In this document: in pieces, positions 1 through 22,561 of the stretch
How the letters are laid out: the number at the start of each line of letters is the position of its first letter
Numbering within the stretch: the stretch's first letter is position 1
Source: Piromyces finnis finn
Taxonomy: Eukaryota; Fungi; Neocallimastigomycota
Direction: 5' to 3'
Length of the DNA: 64,000 bases
NCBI GenBank assembly: GCA_002104945.1
Contig: MCFH01000034.1
Span: 310,001 to 374,000, forward strand
Translations under genes and position numbers: made by a program
The notes under the pieces: model-generated
What the model saw: only the letters and a program-made list of their open reading frames with translations
What the model was told of the DNA's origin: nothing
Databases searched by the model: none

Positions 1-1502
1 TGATCTAATACTTTGTGTTCATTAAGTTGGTTTACAGTGATTGATTTTTTATAGTTTGCTGTTAATAACAAGTAGTTATGTAAACAAGGTAATAATGTGT
101 TTATATTATAATGAAAACTATAATTTTGATTTTTATTATTTTCATTATGCATTTCACTAAATGAATAAAATAGTGTATATCTAATGTTTTCCAAAAACTG
201 TGAATATTGTAATTCTTCATAGGTAAAAACATTTATCTTTTCTTTTGAATTTTGAATGGAATTCCTTTTGACTTCTGATAATTTTTTTGTTTGCTTAAGC
301 TGGTAATTGAAAATATTAAGTAAGCTTTCAATGATTACATTGTTGTAGTATTTTTTAATTTTTAATTTTTCATTATTTGAATTATGCTTTTCAATCCAAT
401 GATGATATATACTTTCCGAGTAAAGTTCTTGTATGAGACTTAATTTGATTCCTATTCTTTCCAATAAAAAGTTCCCATCAATTTTATTTTCATTATGAAG
501 AATATGATGTAACCAGTCAATTATATATTTAGTACAATTTTGGTATAGTTTATGTAGTTTAATATTTTTATTTTTTATGGAATTTGAAACTATAAAATTT
601 ATAAAAAATATTAAAAAAAATAAGTATTAATATGTATATATTATTCTTAAATATCAATAATATTTTTTATTATTACTTTCTACTTTATCACAATTTTGTT
701 CTTGTTTTAACTCTTTACTGTTTTTAATATTTTCAATGGATTTTTTAATGTAAAATTGAAGAAAAACATTTAAATATGGTAATGAAGATGGGTTAAGTAT
801 GTTGTAGACAGCCTTTTCAAAAAATACCTTATTTTCAAAACCAATTGAAAGCAAGTGCATAAAACTACAAAAATGTGAATATTTTAATGAAGAGGGTATT
901 TTTTTTATAGTAGTATTATCTTTACTATTTAAATTGTCGCATTTTTTAAACTCATCAACAATAACAGTAATTATTAAATGAATATATTTTGATATCTCAT
1001 TTAAATTTTTTTCTGAGTTAAAGCAAGCTTCAACAAAAATAGAGACAATGTTATTAAATGTTTCGATACACAATACTGAATCGTCTGAAAACCTTTTAAA
1101 TGAATCTGTCGCTCTAAATATATCTGCCATTTCAGGATAAATTCTAAAGGAATTTATTAAAGTTAATATTGCTATTTTACAGTTCTTACTTTCAGCAGAA
1201 ATATCTTTATTGTTTTCTACATTTTTGTTAGTTTTAAGTAATTTAGAATATTTTATAGTCTTTAAAGTACGATTTATCCAAAAGTCTATGGAAATATCAT
1301 TAGAGTTATTATTTACATCACTTATTTCATCTAATATTTTTTTATCTTCTTTATATTGCTTAAATTCATTTTCATACATTTCAATTCTTTCCTCAATACT
1401 TTTAATTGAAATTAAACTTTCTTTTTTCGCTCTATATTTGTAAATTATTGAATAATAATATTAAATAAGGATAAAAAATTGATTAAATAAAGTTATTATA
1501 TT

Positions 1503-1539
<37 letters not shown>

Positions 1540-2630
1540 GTTTATTTTTAATGTGTTATATATTATAATAAAAACATACTTATTATTTTTATTATTTCCT
1601 TCATTTTCAATCAAATTTTTCAATTTATATAAATCTTTTAATGCCATATTATAATCTTTAAGTTCTTGGTAAGCAGTTGATCTTCTCCATAAGGCTTTTT
1701 CACTATCTGGCTGTAAATTTAAAGCGTCAGTACAGTCATCAATAGCTTCCTTATACATTTTTAATCTTAAATAACACAATGCTCTATTGTTATATAAAGA
1801 AAAATCTACCGGAAGAGCGTAATATGAAGATTTATATGGCATAAAATTAAATTCTTTTGTTCCAAATACTAATTCTTGACTTGGTGATTTAGATATATTA
1901 ATAGCAATTGTATATTCACTGATAGCATCATCAAATTTATACTTTTTATAATAGATATTTCCCTTTTCTCTGTGAGATTCAATTTCATTTAACACTCTTT
2001 CTTTCCATTTTGCTTTTTTTTCTTCTTTTTTTTGTTCAGTGTTTTTTTTTGATTTTATATTATTTTCTTCTTCATTATCAGAGTCCTTATCATCAAAGTG
2101 TTCCCATTTAGAATAGTCTATTCCTTTTATTTCAGTTTTGACATTGTTATTTTTTGATTCCGTTTTGTTTTTGTTTTTATTTTTAGATAAAGCCTTTTCT
2201 TCCATATTTTGTTTTTGAATTGTATTCAATTCAATGTTTTTTGCTTCTTTTTGTGGATTTATACTCAATTTTTTATTTTCATTTATATTAACTGAAAAAT
2301 AAAAACATTATTAATAATTAAAGAAGATTGAAAAAAAAAAAATTCATTTTAATTATTTATATAGTATTTACTATTGTTTATCTCTTTTTCAACTGTATTA
2401 TCATCCATTCCATTTAGATAATTATCAATATCTTTTTCTGTTAGCTTTCCACTAAGAATTTCATTCATTTTACTGGCTATAAAAAAGATATATATATGAG
2501 TTTTATATTAAATAGGCTTATTATTTATATAATACACATATATTATAAAAATAAATTTTTAAATTATACAATATTCATCAGCAAATGAACAGAAGTCATC
2601 GACTTCACTTTGTAACTTGTCAATATTCAT
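1..2630 (-). CDS. TPR-domain protein with long helical C-terminal region (TTC12/SPAG1/UNC-45-like co-chaperone architecture); 3' end outside window
   Basis: GT-AG exons 2630-2570, 2476-2372, 2291-1580, 1431-677 and 589-<1 join in frame (MNIDKLQSEVDDFCSFADEYSSKMNEILSG...). Three TPR motifs: EKGNIYYKKYKFDDAISEYTIAI; SLYNNRALCYLRLKMYKEAIDDCTDALNL; KALWRRSTAYQELKDYNMALKDL. The last exon (absent from the ORF track) stays open to base 1. Confidence 0.8.
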
Positions 2631-3028
2631 TTTATTTTATCTATTTTCTTTTTCTTATTTATTAATAACTTTTATTAAATATCAGGTATATAATATTTAT
2701 ATAAAAAAATAAATGTTTAAGATCACAAATTAAAATATGTATATTTTTATTTTTAACAAATAAATTAATTTTAATTTAATTAAAATTAAGTATTGAATTT
2801 AAACATTTATATTTAATTTATTATTATTATAATTTTATTTAAATTTTAAATAAATATATTTTTTTTTTATTTAAATATTACATAAATAGTAAAAGTTTTC
2901 TTTTAACTATAGTAATAAAACATTATTAAAATAATATGCTTTTTTATGTATTTAATTTTATTACATCTATTTTTCTAATGGTATATTTTGATAGAGTTTT
3001 TTTTTTCGCCCCTTTAATTATATAATAA

Positions 3029-12177
<9,149 letters not shown>

Positions 12178-12958
12178 TATAAATTAATTCTAATTTTAAA
12201 AATTTAATTATTATTTAATAAAATACATTTACAAATGATATTTTAACAGTTTCTTTTAAACACTTTTGAATTTATAGAATAATATATATAACTTTGGTTC
12301 TTTTAATAATAAAAAATTATAAATAATTATTATTTCAATTTTAAAAAACATATAAAAAATATATATATAAATTAAAACTCTAATTTATAATATTTACGAA
12401 TTATGAATAAATAAAATATTATGTTCTTGATACTATTATTTTACAACTTTATATTTTTCATTAAATTTTTTATTTTTAAATATTTGTGGAAACTATATAA
12501 TAAATATTTTTAATTTCAAATTTGCATTTGTTTTTAATTAAAAATAACCAATAAATCACTAGTGTTAACTTTTAAAATCAAAGAAAAAAAATTTGTTTTT
12601 ATATAATTAACTCCGCAACTTTATTTTATATTAATTTTTTTCCCTTTAAAAACAAAAAAGTACTTGTAATAATTTTATTTTATTTTATTTTTTTTTTTGG
12701 GTGGAAAATTATTAATTTTATTTTTAAAATTTTATATATAAATGTTAGCATAGAATAGTTACATAATGATTATATAGAGAATATAAATAAATAAATAATA
12801 ACAATAATAATACATTTATTTGGTATCATATAAAAAGTATTATATTAAATTGAATGTACTACTACTATTTTTTTTTTTTTCTTCTTTATATTAACTAAGA
12901 AGAAGAAAAGAATAAAAATTTAAATCTTTATTATTATTATATATATAAACTAATGTGT

Positions 12959-15900
12959 TTATTTAAAATAATTATCTTTAAGTTTAAACATTGGTATATC
13001 ATTAAATAGATTATTAAATAAATATTGCGTTTTTAATATAAATATAATGTCTTTTTGATTTTTAGTTATCTGCTCTTCTATTGCATTGTGGAAAATATCG
13101 GATAGTTTTGTTTCTTTTGTTTTTATTAATTCCATAAATGGTTCATTTTTTAAAAGTTTATTAAATAAAGATGAAATTTCTTTCAAACAAAGGTGACATT
13201 TAGTAGTAACAAATAATTGTTTATTATCTAAAAACTATATAATCCAATAGATATAAATAATTAATTTATAATTTGTTATAGTTTTTAATAATAATAATAA
13301 TGATAATGATAATTAATACTTACTCGAATTAATACTGGTAATGATAAATGAATTAACTCTGTAAAAAAATTAGTAATATTTTCTATTTTATCTATGGAAT
13401 TGTTATTTAATTCTTTAATTATTTCATCTATTTTCAAATTTAAATTGATTAAAATATTTTCTAGATTATTAACAAACTCTATTGATTCATCGGATTTTAA
13501 TAACTGTAAAAGAATATCATATTCAAAATTCGATATAAAATCTTTTATAATGTATTTGATAAATTTATCCAGAAGTGATTGAATATAAATCATTTCATCA
13601 AATGAACCTTTATTTGACGTATTCTTTTGAAACAGAAATAAATAATAGTTATTAATATTTAAGTAAAATATATTTAGTTTTATTTAATAATTTTTGATTC
13701 TATTATTTAGTTATATATATTTACCATAATTACTTTTTTAAAAGATATTAGATGAAGGAATAATGAATTAAATTTTGAATGATCAATATAATTCTTTTTG
13801 AAGATATTATTTAGTATTAATATACAGTTAAATTTTGTACTTAATTCCTCCTATTTATTTATAAAGGGTATTTTAAATTAAAAATTGTTAATGATAATTA
13901 TTATATATATATTTTTTAATTACTATATATATATTTTTTATGAATTATTTTACTTTATTCTGTGGATCAGATAAAATTTCTAAAAGATTATCGATAAGTT
14001 CATTTATTTTATTTAAATTCATTTTATTTTGATCAAAATGGCTAATTATTTCATAAATAATTAATAAATTTTTATGACAATCCTCAGTTTTTGATGAGTC
14101 CCTAATAGTTGGTAGAAATTCCAATTTTTCAAATTTCTCTATTAATTCATCTAATTTTTTAATTTATATTAGTTTAAAAAATAACATTAATATGCCTATC
14201 AATATTATAATTTTACTCTATTAAATAATTATTATATAAATAAAATAATAAATATATATATTCATTTTACTTTCTGTGATATTTATATTGTTATCCTTTT
14301 CATTTGATATAAGGTGATGGTCTTTTGATGATCTTGGTATTTTAGAGATGGAATTGTTAAATTCTAATTTAGATTTAGTTGAAAGTGAAGATGATGGTCT
14401 AGGAGTTTGTTTTTTAATAGTGGTAGAAGTTTTATAAGAATATTCTGGTATTTTTGATATAGACTGTTTTGTCTCTGTATTAATGTCATTCTTTATAGAT
14501 TTGTTATTTGAAGTGGAATGACTTTTGTGCTTATCGATTTTATCACTGTTACTTTGACTTGAAGTTTTTATATTCTTATTATTCATATTGTCTTTGTTAT
14601 TGCTAATAGTATTAACCTTATTGTTGGTATTGATTTTATTTATAATAGTTTTTGGTTTATTATTATCTTCTATCTGCTTAATGGAAACCTTTGTTTCCAA
14701 AGTATGATGATGTTGAGATTTTATAGATGGTATTTTTCTTGTAAGATGATTATTCTCTAATTTTGTCGAATGCGTTACTTTTGATGTAGTTAATGAGGTT
14801 TTCATACGTTTATTTGCATATAAATTTTGAATTTGTTTTTGTTTTTGATTTTGGTTTTCTGGTTTTTCCAAATTTATTAAGGAACCGGGCTCTTGCGCTA
14901 TTATTTTCTTTTCACTTATTTGATTCGAGAGTGGTTGTGATGATGCTACTGACTTTTTTTGTTTCAATGCATTTAATTTAGCTTTTAATTGTTTTTGATT
15001 TCTCTCAATATCATCCAAGTTTGGTATATCTTTACTTAAAATAAACTTTATTTGTTTTCTTTGCGACGGCGGTAAAGAGTAAATAGCTTCAAATAAAATA
15101 ATACAATTTGGGATTTTAATAATATCTTCATTTGTTGCATTTTCATACATTATAGAAGTTGCAGTGGAGTTTCTTGGGTTATTATTTATGGTGTTATCTC
15201 TACAAAGAATTACAGCAAAATGTTGTAATCTTCTTCTTATATGAATTTCATTTGAGAAATTAATATAAATTTGTAGAAAACGAACAAGATTTGTTTTAAA
15301 TGGATATACTTGTAAAATATTAATAAAAGATAAAATTAAATTTATTCTTTGTTTTGGATCAGCTTCATTTATCTTTTTTGTTAAAGCTAATAAATAGGGA
15401 TTAAATTTCTCTTTTATCTTATTTTCTTTTTCATTATTAAGAATCAATTTATTATCTTTATCTATACTTAATTCTTGCCTATTTTCAGTTTTGCTATAGG
15501 TATATAAAATTAATTTTTCTACGAAATCAATTAATATCTTTTTTATTTTTATATCATATTCTAATGCTTTATCTAAAAGCGTTGAAATATATTCTTCTAG
15601 AGGATCATCCTTAAATATATTTTCCATTAACTCTAGTGCTTTATTTATAATAACATTATTATTTTTAAAATCTGATAATATTAAGGCCAGTCTAGACATA
15701 ATTGAATTATCTATTATAATTTCTCTATGAACTATTGTACTTTCATTATTATCTTGTAATACGGCATCATCCTTTTTTTCTTGAAGTTGTTTTTTACAAT
15801 GAATAATCTTTTCTAGACATGATAAAGATTGTAATATTATTTGATGGTTATCCTCTATAAATCCAAATTTAATACATTCTAAAATATAACCTTGATTTTG

Positions 15901-17870
15901 AATTATATCATATAAATTACAATTTGTCACTGCTTCTAACAAAGATTCAAATGCTTTATCTTTATCGATTGTATCTAACGATGATATTTGTTTTAAAAGA
16001 TTTTTAAAAATTTCCTCTATATTTTCTTGGTTGTTATCTTCTAATATTGTAGTTTCACCACTTTTAATTATTTCTGAATCATCATCTAACTTGGTTTTGG
16101 GAGAATTAGTATTGACAAAAGTTTCTTCCTCTATATCCATTGAATTTTCATTATTTTCACTATTATTACTATCATTATTATCATTGCTATCATTACTACT
16201 ATTATTTTTATTATTCGTAAGATTTGACGACTCATTATTTTTAATTGAAGTAAAGGAACTTGATTTATATTCGTCTGAACTTTTTAAAAAGAAATTTAAT
16301 AAATTTTTACTAGAATTAGTATGGGTTTGATCAGTTACATTTGGAATTCTATTAAAAAATAATGATTTTTTTAAAGAAGAATAGGTTTGTTGAAAGTATG
16401 GATTTTCCTGACGTAATAGTGATGGGGTTGATGGTACGTTAAAAATATTTAAGGAATTTTTTTTTTCACTAGTTACAATTGAAGGATTAATTATTGGTTT
16501 TTTGTTTTCAACTTTTGGCGTTTTTAAAATTATTGAATCCTGACTTTTTAAAATATTCACACTATTGCTATTAAAATTACCTACATTATTGTTACTATTT
16601 ATATCAACTCCAAGACGTTTTATATCTTCTTTTGAAAGCTTTGATTCAAATCTTTTTTTTTTTAATTAATATTTTAATAATAATATAAAAAAAATAGATT
16701 GATATTTATTATTTTAAAAGTAATAATTGGTTAATTTATTTTATAAAAACACACACACACACATTTTATATATATGACTTTTAATTATTTTTTTTTTAAA
16801 ATATATATATATATGATACCTTTGAATTACACTATTATTGAAAGAATTTTTAAAAGTAAGATAAACTCGTTTATAAGTATCTCTTATTATTTGTTCACGG
16901 TCATATATACCTTCTTTTATCAATTGTCCTATAGTATCAACGTATTCAGTTAACTTTTTATCTGGTAAATTATGTAAACATGTTTCTATACTTTCCGCTA
17001 CCACTAATCTTATTTTCTTTTTTTTATTCGATTTTTGACTATTAAGTTGAGGTATGATTTTTGTGGAATTTGTATTAGCAATTATTTTTTTTATGCAACT
17101 CAAGCCATTTTGTGTAAAAATATTGTTTGTTTTTCCTGTAATATTAATAATTGATGGAATAAATATATCAATAAATGGCTCAAAATTGAATTTCATTAAA
17201 TGTGCAATATCTCCAATAACTTCTAATGCGGTTTTTGATAAAGCTCCTCTTTCACTATTTATCTTAATTATTTTTCCATATAGAATTTGATTTTTGTTTA
17301 AATTATTTATTTATTTTGTTAAATGCATGGTTTGTATATATATTCATTTTAATAATATGAAAAAAAAATAGAAAATTAATTTTAATTCTTAAAATTTATA
17401 TACATATTTTTTAATAAAAAAAAAAAAAAAAAAAAAAAGCATATATATATACCGAATTTAATATTGCTCCAGAAAAGGATTTTAGTATATCGTAGTAATT
17501 ATGAGAAGAGATTAATTGTACTGAAATGTCTCTAAATTGTTTTAATGCATTATTGAATTTTTCCCAATTATGTTCTGATTCTTTTTCATTAAAAATTATT
17601 AATAATTTGTTTACGTCTTTTATATTATAATCTTCATTATAATACTAATAGAAATTTGTTATTATTATTATTATTATTATTATCATTTTAAATGAAAAAA
17701 AAAAAAATGAGTATATTCTGAAAATTATAATTTTTTTAAAAAAAAAATAAATAAATAAAAAGAAATTTTCTAAAATTCATAAACATATTTTTGAACAAAA
17801 AAAAAAAATATTAATATATAACTAATTAGCATACCTCTTGATTAAAAAGAATATTATTTTCATAATTCAT
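12959..17870 (-). CDS. CLASP/Stu1/TOG-family microtubule-associated HEAT protein
   Basis: Short exon MNYENNILFNQE (ATG 17870) splices to ...KESEHNWEKFNNALKQF...SERGALSKTALEVIGDIAHLMKFNFEPFIDIFIPSIINITGKT..., which matches the CLASP_N pattern from recall. It continues through the 14221-16560 ORF and four further exons to TAA at 12959, all with GT-AG introns. Confidence 0.75.
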
Positions 17871-18741
17871 GTTCTTTTATTTTATTATTTTATTTTATTG
17901 TTAATATATTTATTCTATTGTTATGCTTTAAAAAAAAAAAAAAAATCTTTTATAAAAAAGACTACTATGAAATCCAAATGCAATTTAGAAGAAGAAAGAA
18001 AAAAAAAAAAACGGAGCAATGAATATAATTGATAATATTTAAAACTATTTGATATTTGATATCAACATAATTAAATAAATTCTATGAAAATGTATCAAGA
18101 ATACATATATATTGAATAAAATAATGGTATAATAGATTCTTTTCGTTTTTTTTTTTTTTTTTTTTTTATTTTTGAGAATAGTAAAGTTGATAATAAATAT
18201 ATATATATAAATGAATGACTTTATTTTGATAGACTATTAAATTACTATATTAATTAAATTATAATTGTAATAATATAGTTTTGTTCATTTATAAAAATGT
18301 GATATAATTCATTTATAAAATCATCTGAAATTACAATTAAATATTGAAAATTGATTATTCTATTTTCATAGTTGTTATTAAAAAAAAAAAATTAAATTTT
18401 TAATAAAATAAAAATTATTTTTTTTTATTATTATTATTAAAAAAAATAGCCCTAGTAGTTCCAATTTTAATTTAATTAATTTTGATGTATTTATATTTTT
18501 GGTAAAAAATACACTTTATACAAATTAAAAATAATAAGATTTTAGGTAAATAGTATATATAATAAATATATATATTTTTTATTTTATTTTTATTATTAAA
18601 AGTATATACTTTGTGTTATAATATATATTAACAATATTGTTAATTCATTTATTTGTTATTTTTATTTACTTATTTTAAATAATTCAAAATGTTTTATTTT
18701 AATTATTTCTTTTTTTTTTTAATATTTTAAGAAAAAAAAAA

Positions 18742-20353
18742 TTAATTTTGGAATTTGTAAATGTAGATATCACCAGTTGGTGCTTCGGATAATGAAATTG
18801 GAACACCAGACATATATACAGTAAGGGATTCCTTTAAATTATCATCTGTATTTTCTGAATCTCTGGTTACAGCAATACTGTTAACCTTGAATGGGGTATT
18901 AATGGTACTAATAACTTCTGGGTTAAAATCTTTTTCTTGGCCATCACCAGGAATTTTTAATAAATTAATTTTACCATCATTAGCACCTGAAACAAGAGTT
19001 GTTGGATTAATGAAGACTCTAATTAAAATAAAATAACATTGTTTATAATAGTAAAAGATAAAGTTAAATAAAATAATATATAATAATATAAAATAAATAA
19101 AATAAAAATTAATCCATCTTATTAAAAATTATGGAATTTTTTTCTTAATTAATAAATGCTAATAATAAACTTACAAATCAGCAACAACCCATGAATGGGA
19201 ATCATCAACTCTCCAAAGAGTTTCCCATTCCATCTTAGCCTTTTTCTTGTTTCCACCGATTTTTACTTGTTTTAAAAATTGAATGGAACCATCACCTAAA
19301 CCAGCAGCAACAGTATGACCATCAGATGAAATAGCAATCTTATGAACAAATGGTGGATTAATCATTTGAACATTATTAGAAGATGGTTTTTTATTTACTA
19401 TTTATTTCATATTAATATGATATAGTATTATAAATTATAATGAAATATACATGTTAATAAAAAAAAAAAAAAAGGAATATAGAATAATTAATGATTTCTT
19501 TACTTTTATATATATAGATAGATATTACAAATTATTAAACTTACACATATTGTAATTTCTGGTTGGAACACCTCTTGAAATATCCCATCTAAATAATTTA
19601 CAATCCATACCACCACTCCATACTAATTATTATATCAATAAATAACATTATTTAAATTATTCATTTTATATTATTATTAACTTTATATAAAATACGAAAA
19701 ATTATTTTCTTACCTTCCCATCTATTCTTTGGTCTAAATTCAACACAAGTACAAATCTATATAATGATAGATATTATATTTAAATTTTAATATACAATTA
19801 ATAATCAATATTATATCCAATTTAAAAAATTTTTTTTTAATATAATTATTTTGATCAATTCCTGTTATCTTTTAAAAAAAATTACATTATCATGACCAAT
19901 ATGTGGTTTTTTTATAATTTTCTTGGTTTCTAAATCAACAATATAAATAGCACCAAAGTCATCACATGCAGCTAAAAAGTTGCCTCTATCATTAACCTTA
20001 ACATCATTAATTTCATCTAAATTGAAATCATAAATATTATTTTCCTTGGTAATAATCATAGCACTATCAGTTAAATCAAAGTAATAAACCTATTGTTTTA
20101 CATAATTAATAATTATATTATTATTATTATTTTCATTTCACTACATATATAAATAATATATAATTTTATAATTATTATAATAAAATAATAAAATATAAAA
20201 TATAAAATATAAAAAAAACAAAAAAACAAAAAAACTTACTCTATGATTACTAGCAACATAAAGGTCATTTTCATTTTGAGTGGAAAAGCAAACACTACTA
20301 ATCTAATAAATTGAATAAATAAGATAAATAATGTAGATATTTAATATTCCAAG

Positions 20354-20384
<31 letters not shown>

Positions 20385-21312
20385 ATTATATCAGTATATT
20401 TTAAGATAATAAAAATTGAATATTCTTTTGAAATGTATATGTTATTTAGTTTCTGTTTCCCCTCCCAACTCCATAAGTTTTGAAAAACCATTACATTACT
20501 ATAATTTTTGATTTTGAATAAAAATATTATAAAATAATTTGTTGATATAAAATAATATTATTTGTTGTTCGAATTTTCAAATTTTCATTGTTTACTTATA
20601 ACATTCTGGTAACATTTTTCATTTGAATTACTGAATTTTTTATTTTCTTTCTATTATATATATACTTTTTTTTTGTTTGTTTGTTTGTTTGTTTGTTTGT
20701 TATTATTTCTTCTTCTTTATTTTTTATTGGTATCATTATTGAAATCCACATTTTGCTTTTATTATCATGTTCAATGTATGACTAATACCCCCAAAAATAT
20801 ATATTATGTATATTATGTCTTTATATTGCTAAATATTACAAAATAAAATTCCTGTAATTTTATTTTATAGTCTTTGAATTACAAATGTTTGATACTTAAT
20901 ACATATAAGTAAGCATATATTTATGTATGTATATTTTATACAACAACAACTAATTGAATGGATAAATTATTATTTTTTTTTTTTTTTTTTTCTTTTTGTT
21001 TTTTAGAAAAAAAAGTATTGATAATATAAAAATAGTGATAATAATAATAAAAAAAAAAATAGATAGTAAAATTTAAATAATATATAGAGGTATTTTTTCG
21101 ATAGTTACCTCAGACTTTTCACCTTCATCATTAACAAAACAATCCTTTATAGCTTTTATAACTCTTCCTGATTTTAAATCCCAAATACGAACAGTAGCAT
21201 CTTGACTACCAGAAACTAATAAATTTCCAGAAGGTGAAAGAGATAAGCATGTAACAGTTTCCTTGTGACCCTTTAAAACTTTATATGGTTCTTGAATAGT
21301 AATTTCAGTCAT
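18742..21312 (-). CDS. WDR53: WD40-repeat protein, WDR53-like
   Basis: Seven in-frame GT-AG exons. Motifs [32 protein letters not shown]; [30 protein letters not shown]; [28 protein letters not shown]; [12 protein letters not shown] resemble WDR53 as recalled. TAA at 18744-18742. Confidence 0.75.
20672..20701. repeat. (TTTG)n microsatellite in intron 1 of the WD40 gene
   Basis: About 7 copies of TTTG. Confidence 0.85.
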
Positions 21313-22265
21313 CCTTTTGTACTTTCTATAAGTAATAAAAAAAAATTATAATTAAATTTTAATTATTTTTTAAGTATTAGAATTAATGTTTATTGTTATT
21401 ATTATTATTTTTTTTTATTTATATTTATTTTAAGTACATTACTTAAAATATATCAAACTCTTAAACTTTTTATATAAAAAAATGTATACACCATTATTAA
21501 TTATTTTAGTTATTTTTTTTTTTTTTTTTTTTTTGAAGAATAAAAAACATAATTTGTAAATAACATTTATATTACTTTTTATTTATTTTAAAAGTTTTAT
21601 AATAATAGTTACTTGATAATTAAAAATTTAAAAGTATGATATAAAAAAAAAATAAATATATTTACTTTTTTTTTTTCTTTCTATCTATATAAAGTAAATG
21701 AATACTTTTTTTCTTTTTATAACTTAAATTATGTTTGGTTAATAATAAATAAAAAAAATTGTTTATTTTTTTTTATTTATTATGATATATTCTTTCTAAT
21801 TTATTTTTATTAAATTTTAATATTAATAAATATTAAAATAAAAAATAATCTCGATCTTTTTGTCCTATATAAAGTTAATTTCTTATGGAAATCTTTACCT
21901 AAATTTTCATAAATGATGATTCAAAATTTCATAAATGATTCAATGAATTTAATTTAATTTAATTTTATCTTTATTTATTCATTAATTTTACATTTTCACC
22001 AAGAATAAAAAAAAGATAAAAAAAGGTGTAAAATAAAATTACTAATTATAAAATAAAAAATATGTTATATTTATTAATATAATTCATTTATTATTTCTTT
22101 TTTTTTTTAATATCAAGTTACATTTTAGTCCGGTCATATATATATTATAATAATAGAGATAAAAATAAAATATAATAAAAAAAAAGTAATAAAACTCTAT
22201 TATAACTACGTTGATTATATTTTATAAAATAAAATATATAATACTATTATGATGTATAAAAATAT

Positions 22266-22311
<46 letters not shown>

Positions 22312-22327
22312 TAACATGAGAAATCAT

Positions 22328-22364
<37 letters not shown>

Positions 22365-22561
22365 TCTTTTAACTATTTTATAAAAATTAATTTGAATAAT
22401 ATAAATGTTAAATATATATATATTAATAATTATTATTCATAATAAAATATTTAAAATAAAATTGAATACTTCATTTGATAATTTCCATTTAATTATTTTA
22501 TCTAATGTCAATAATATTTTTGAAAAAAAAAAAAAAAAATTGAAATTATTTGACAATTTGT

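Noticed and set aside
1210-1443. Antisense ORFs over real genes (this one, and 11477, 13394, 14793, 16031, 17054, 22587, 22624, 25090, 26395, 35071, 35930, 50926, 57315, 57750)
   Set aside because: They lie opposite well-supported exons and read as antisense low-complexity translations with no recognisable motif.
17838-18032. 64-aa plus-strand ORF
   Set aside because: Poly-A/T-driven, TTG start, and overlaps the first exon and promoter of the CLASP-like gene.
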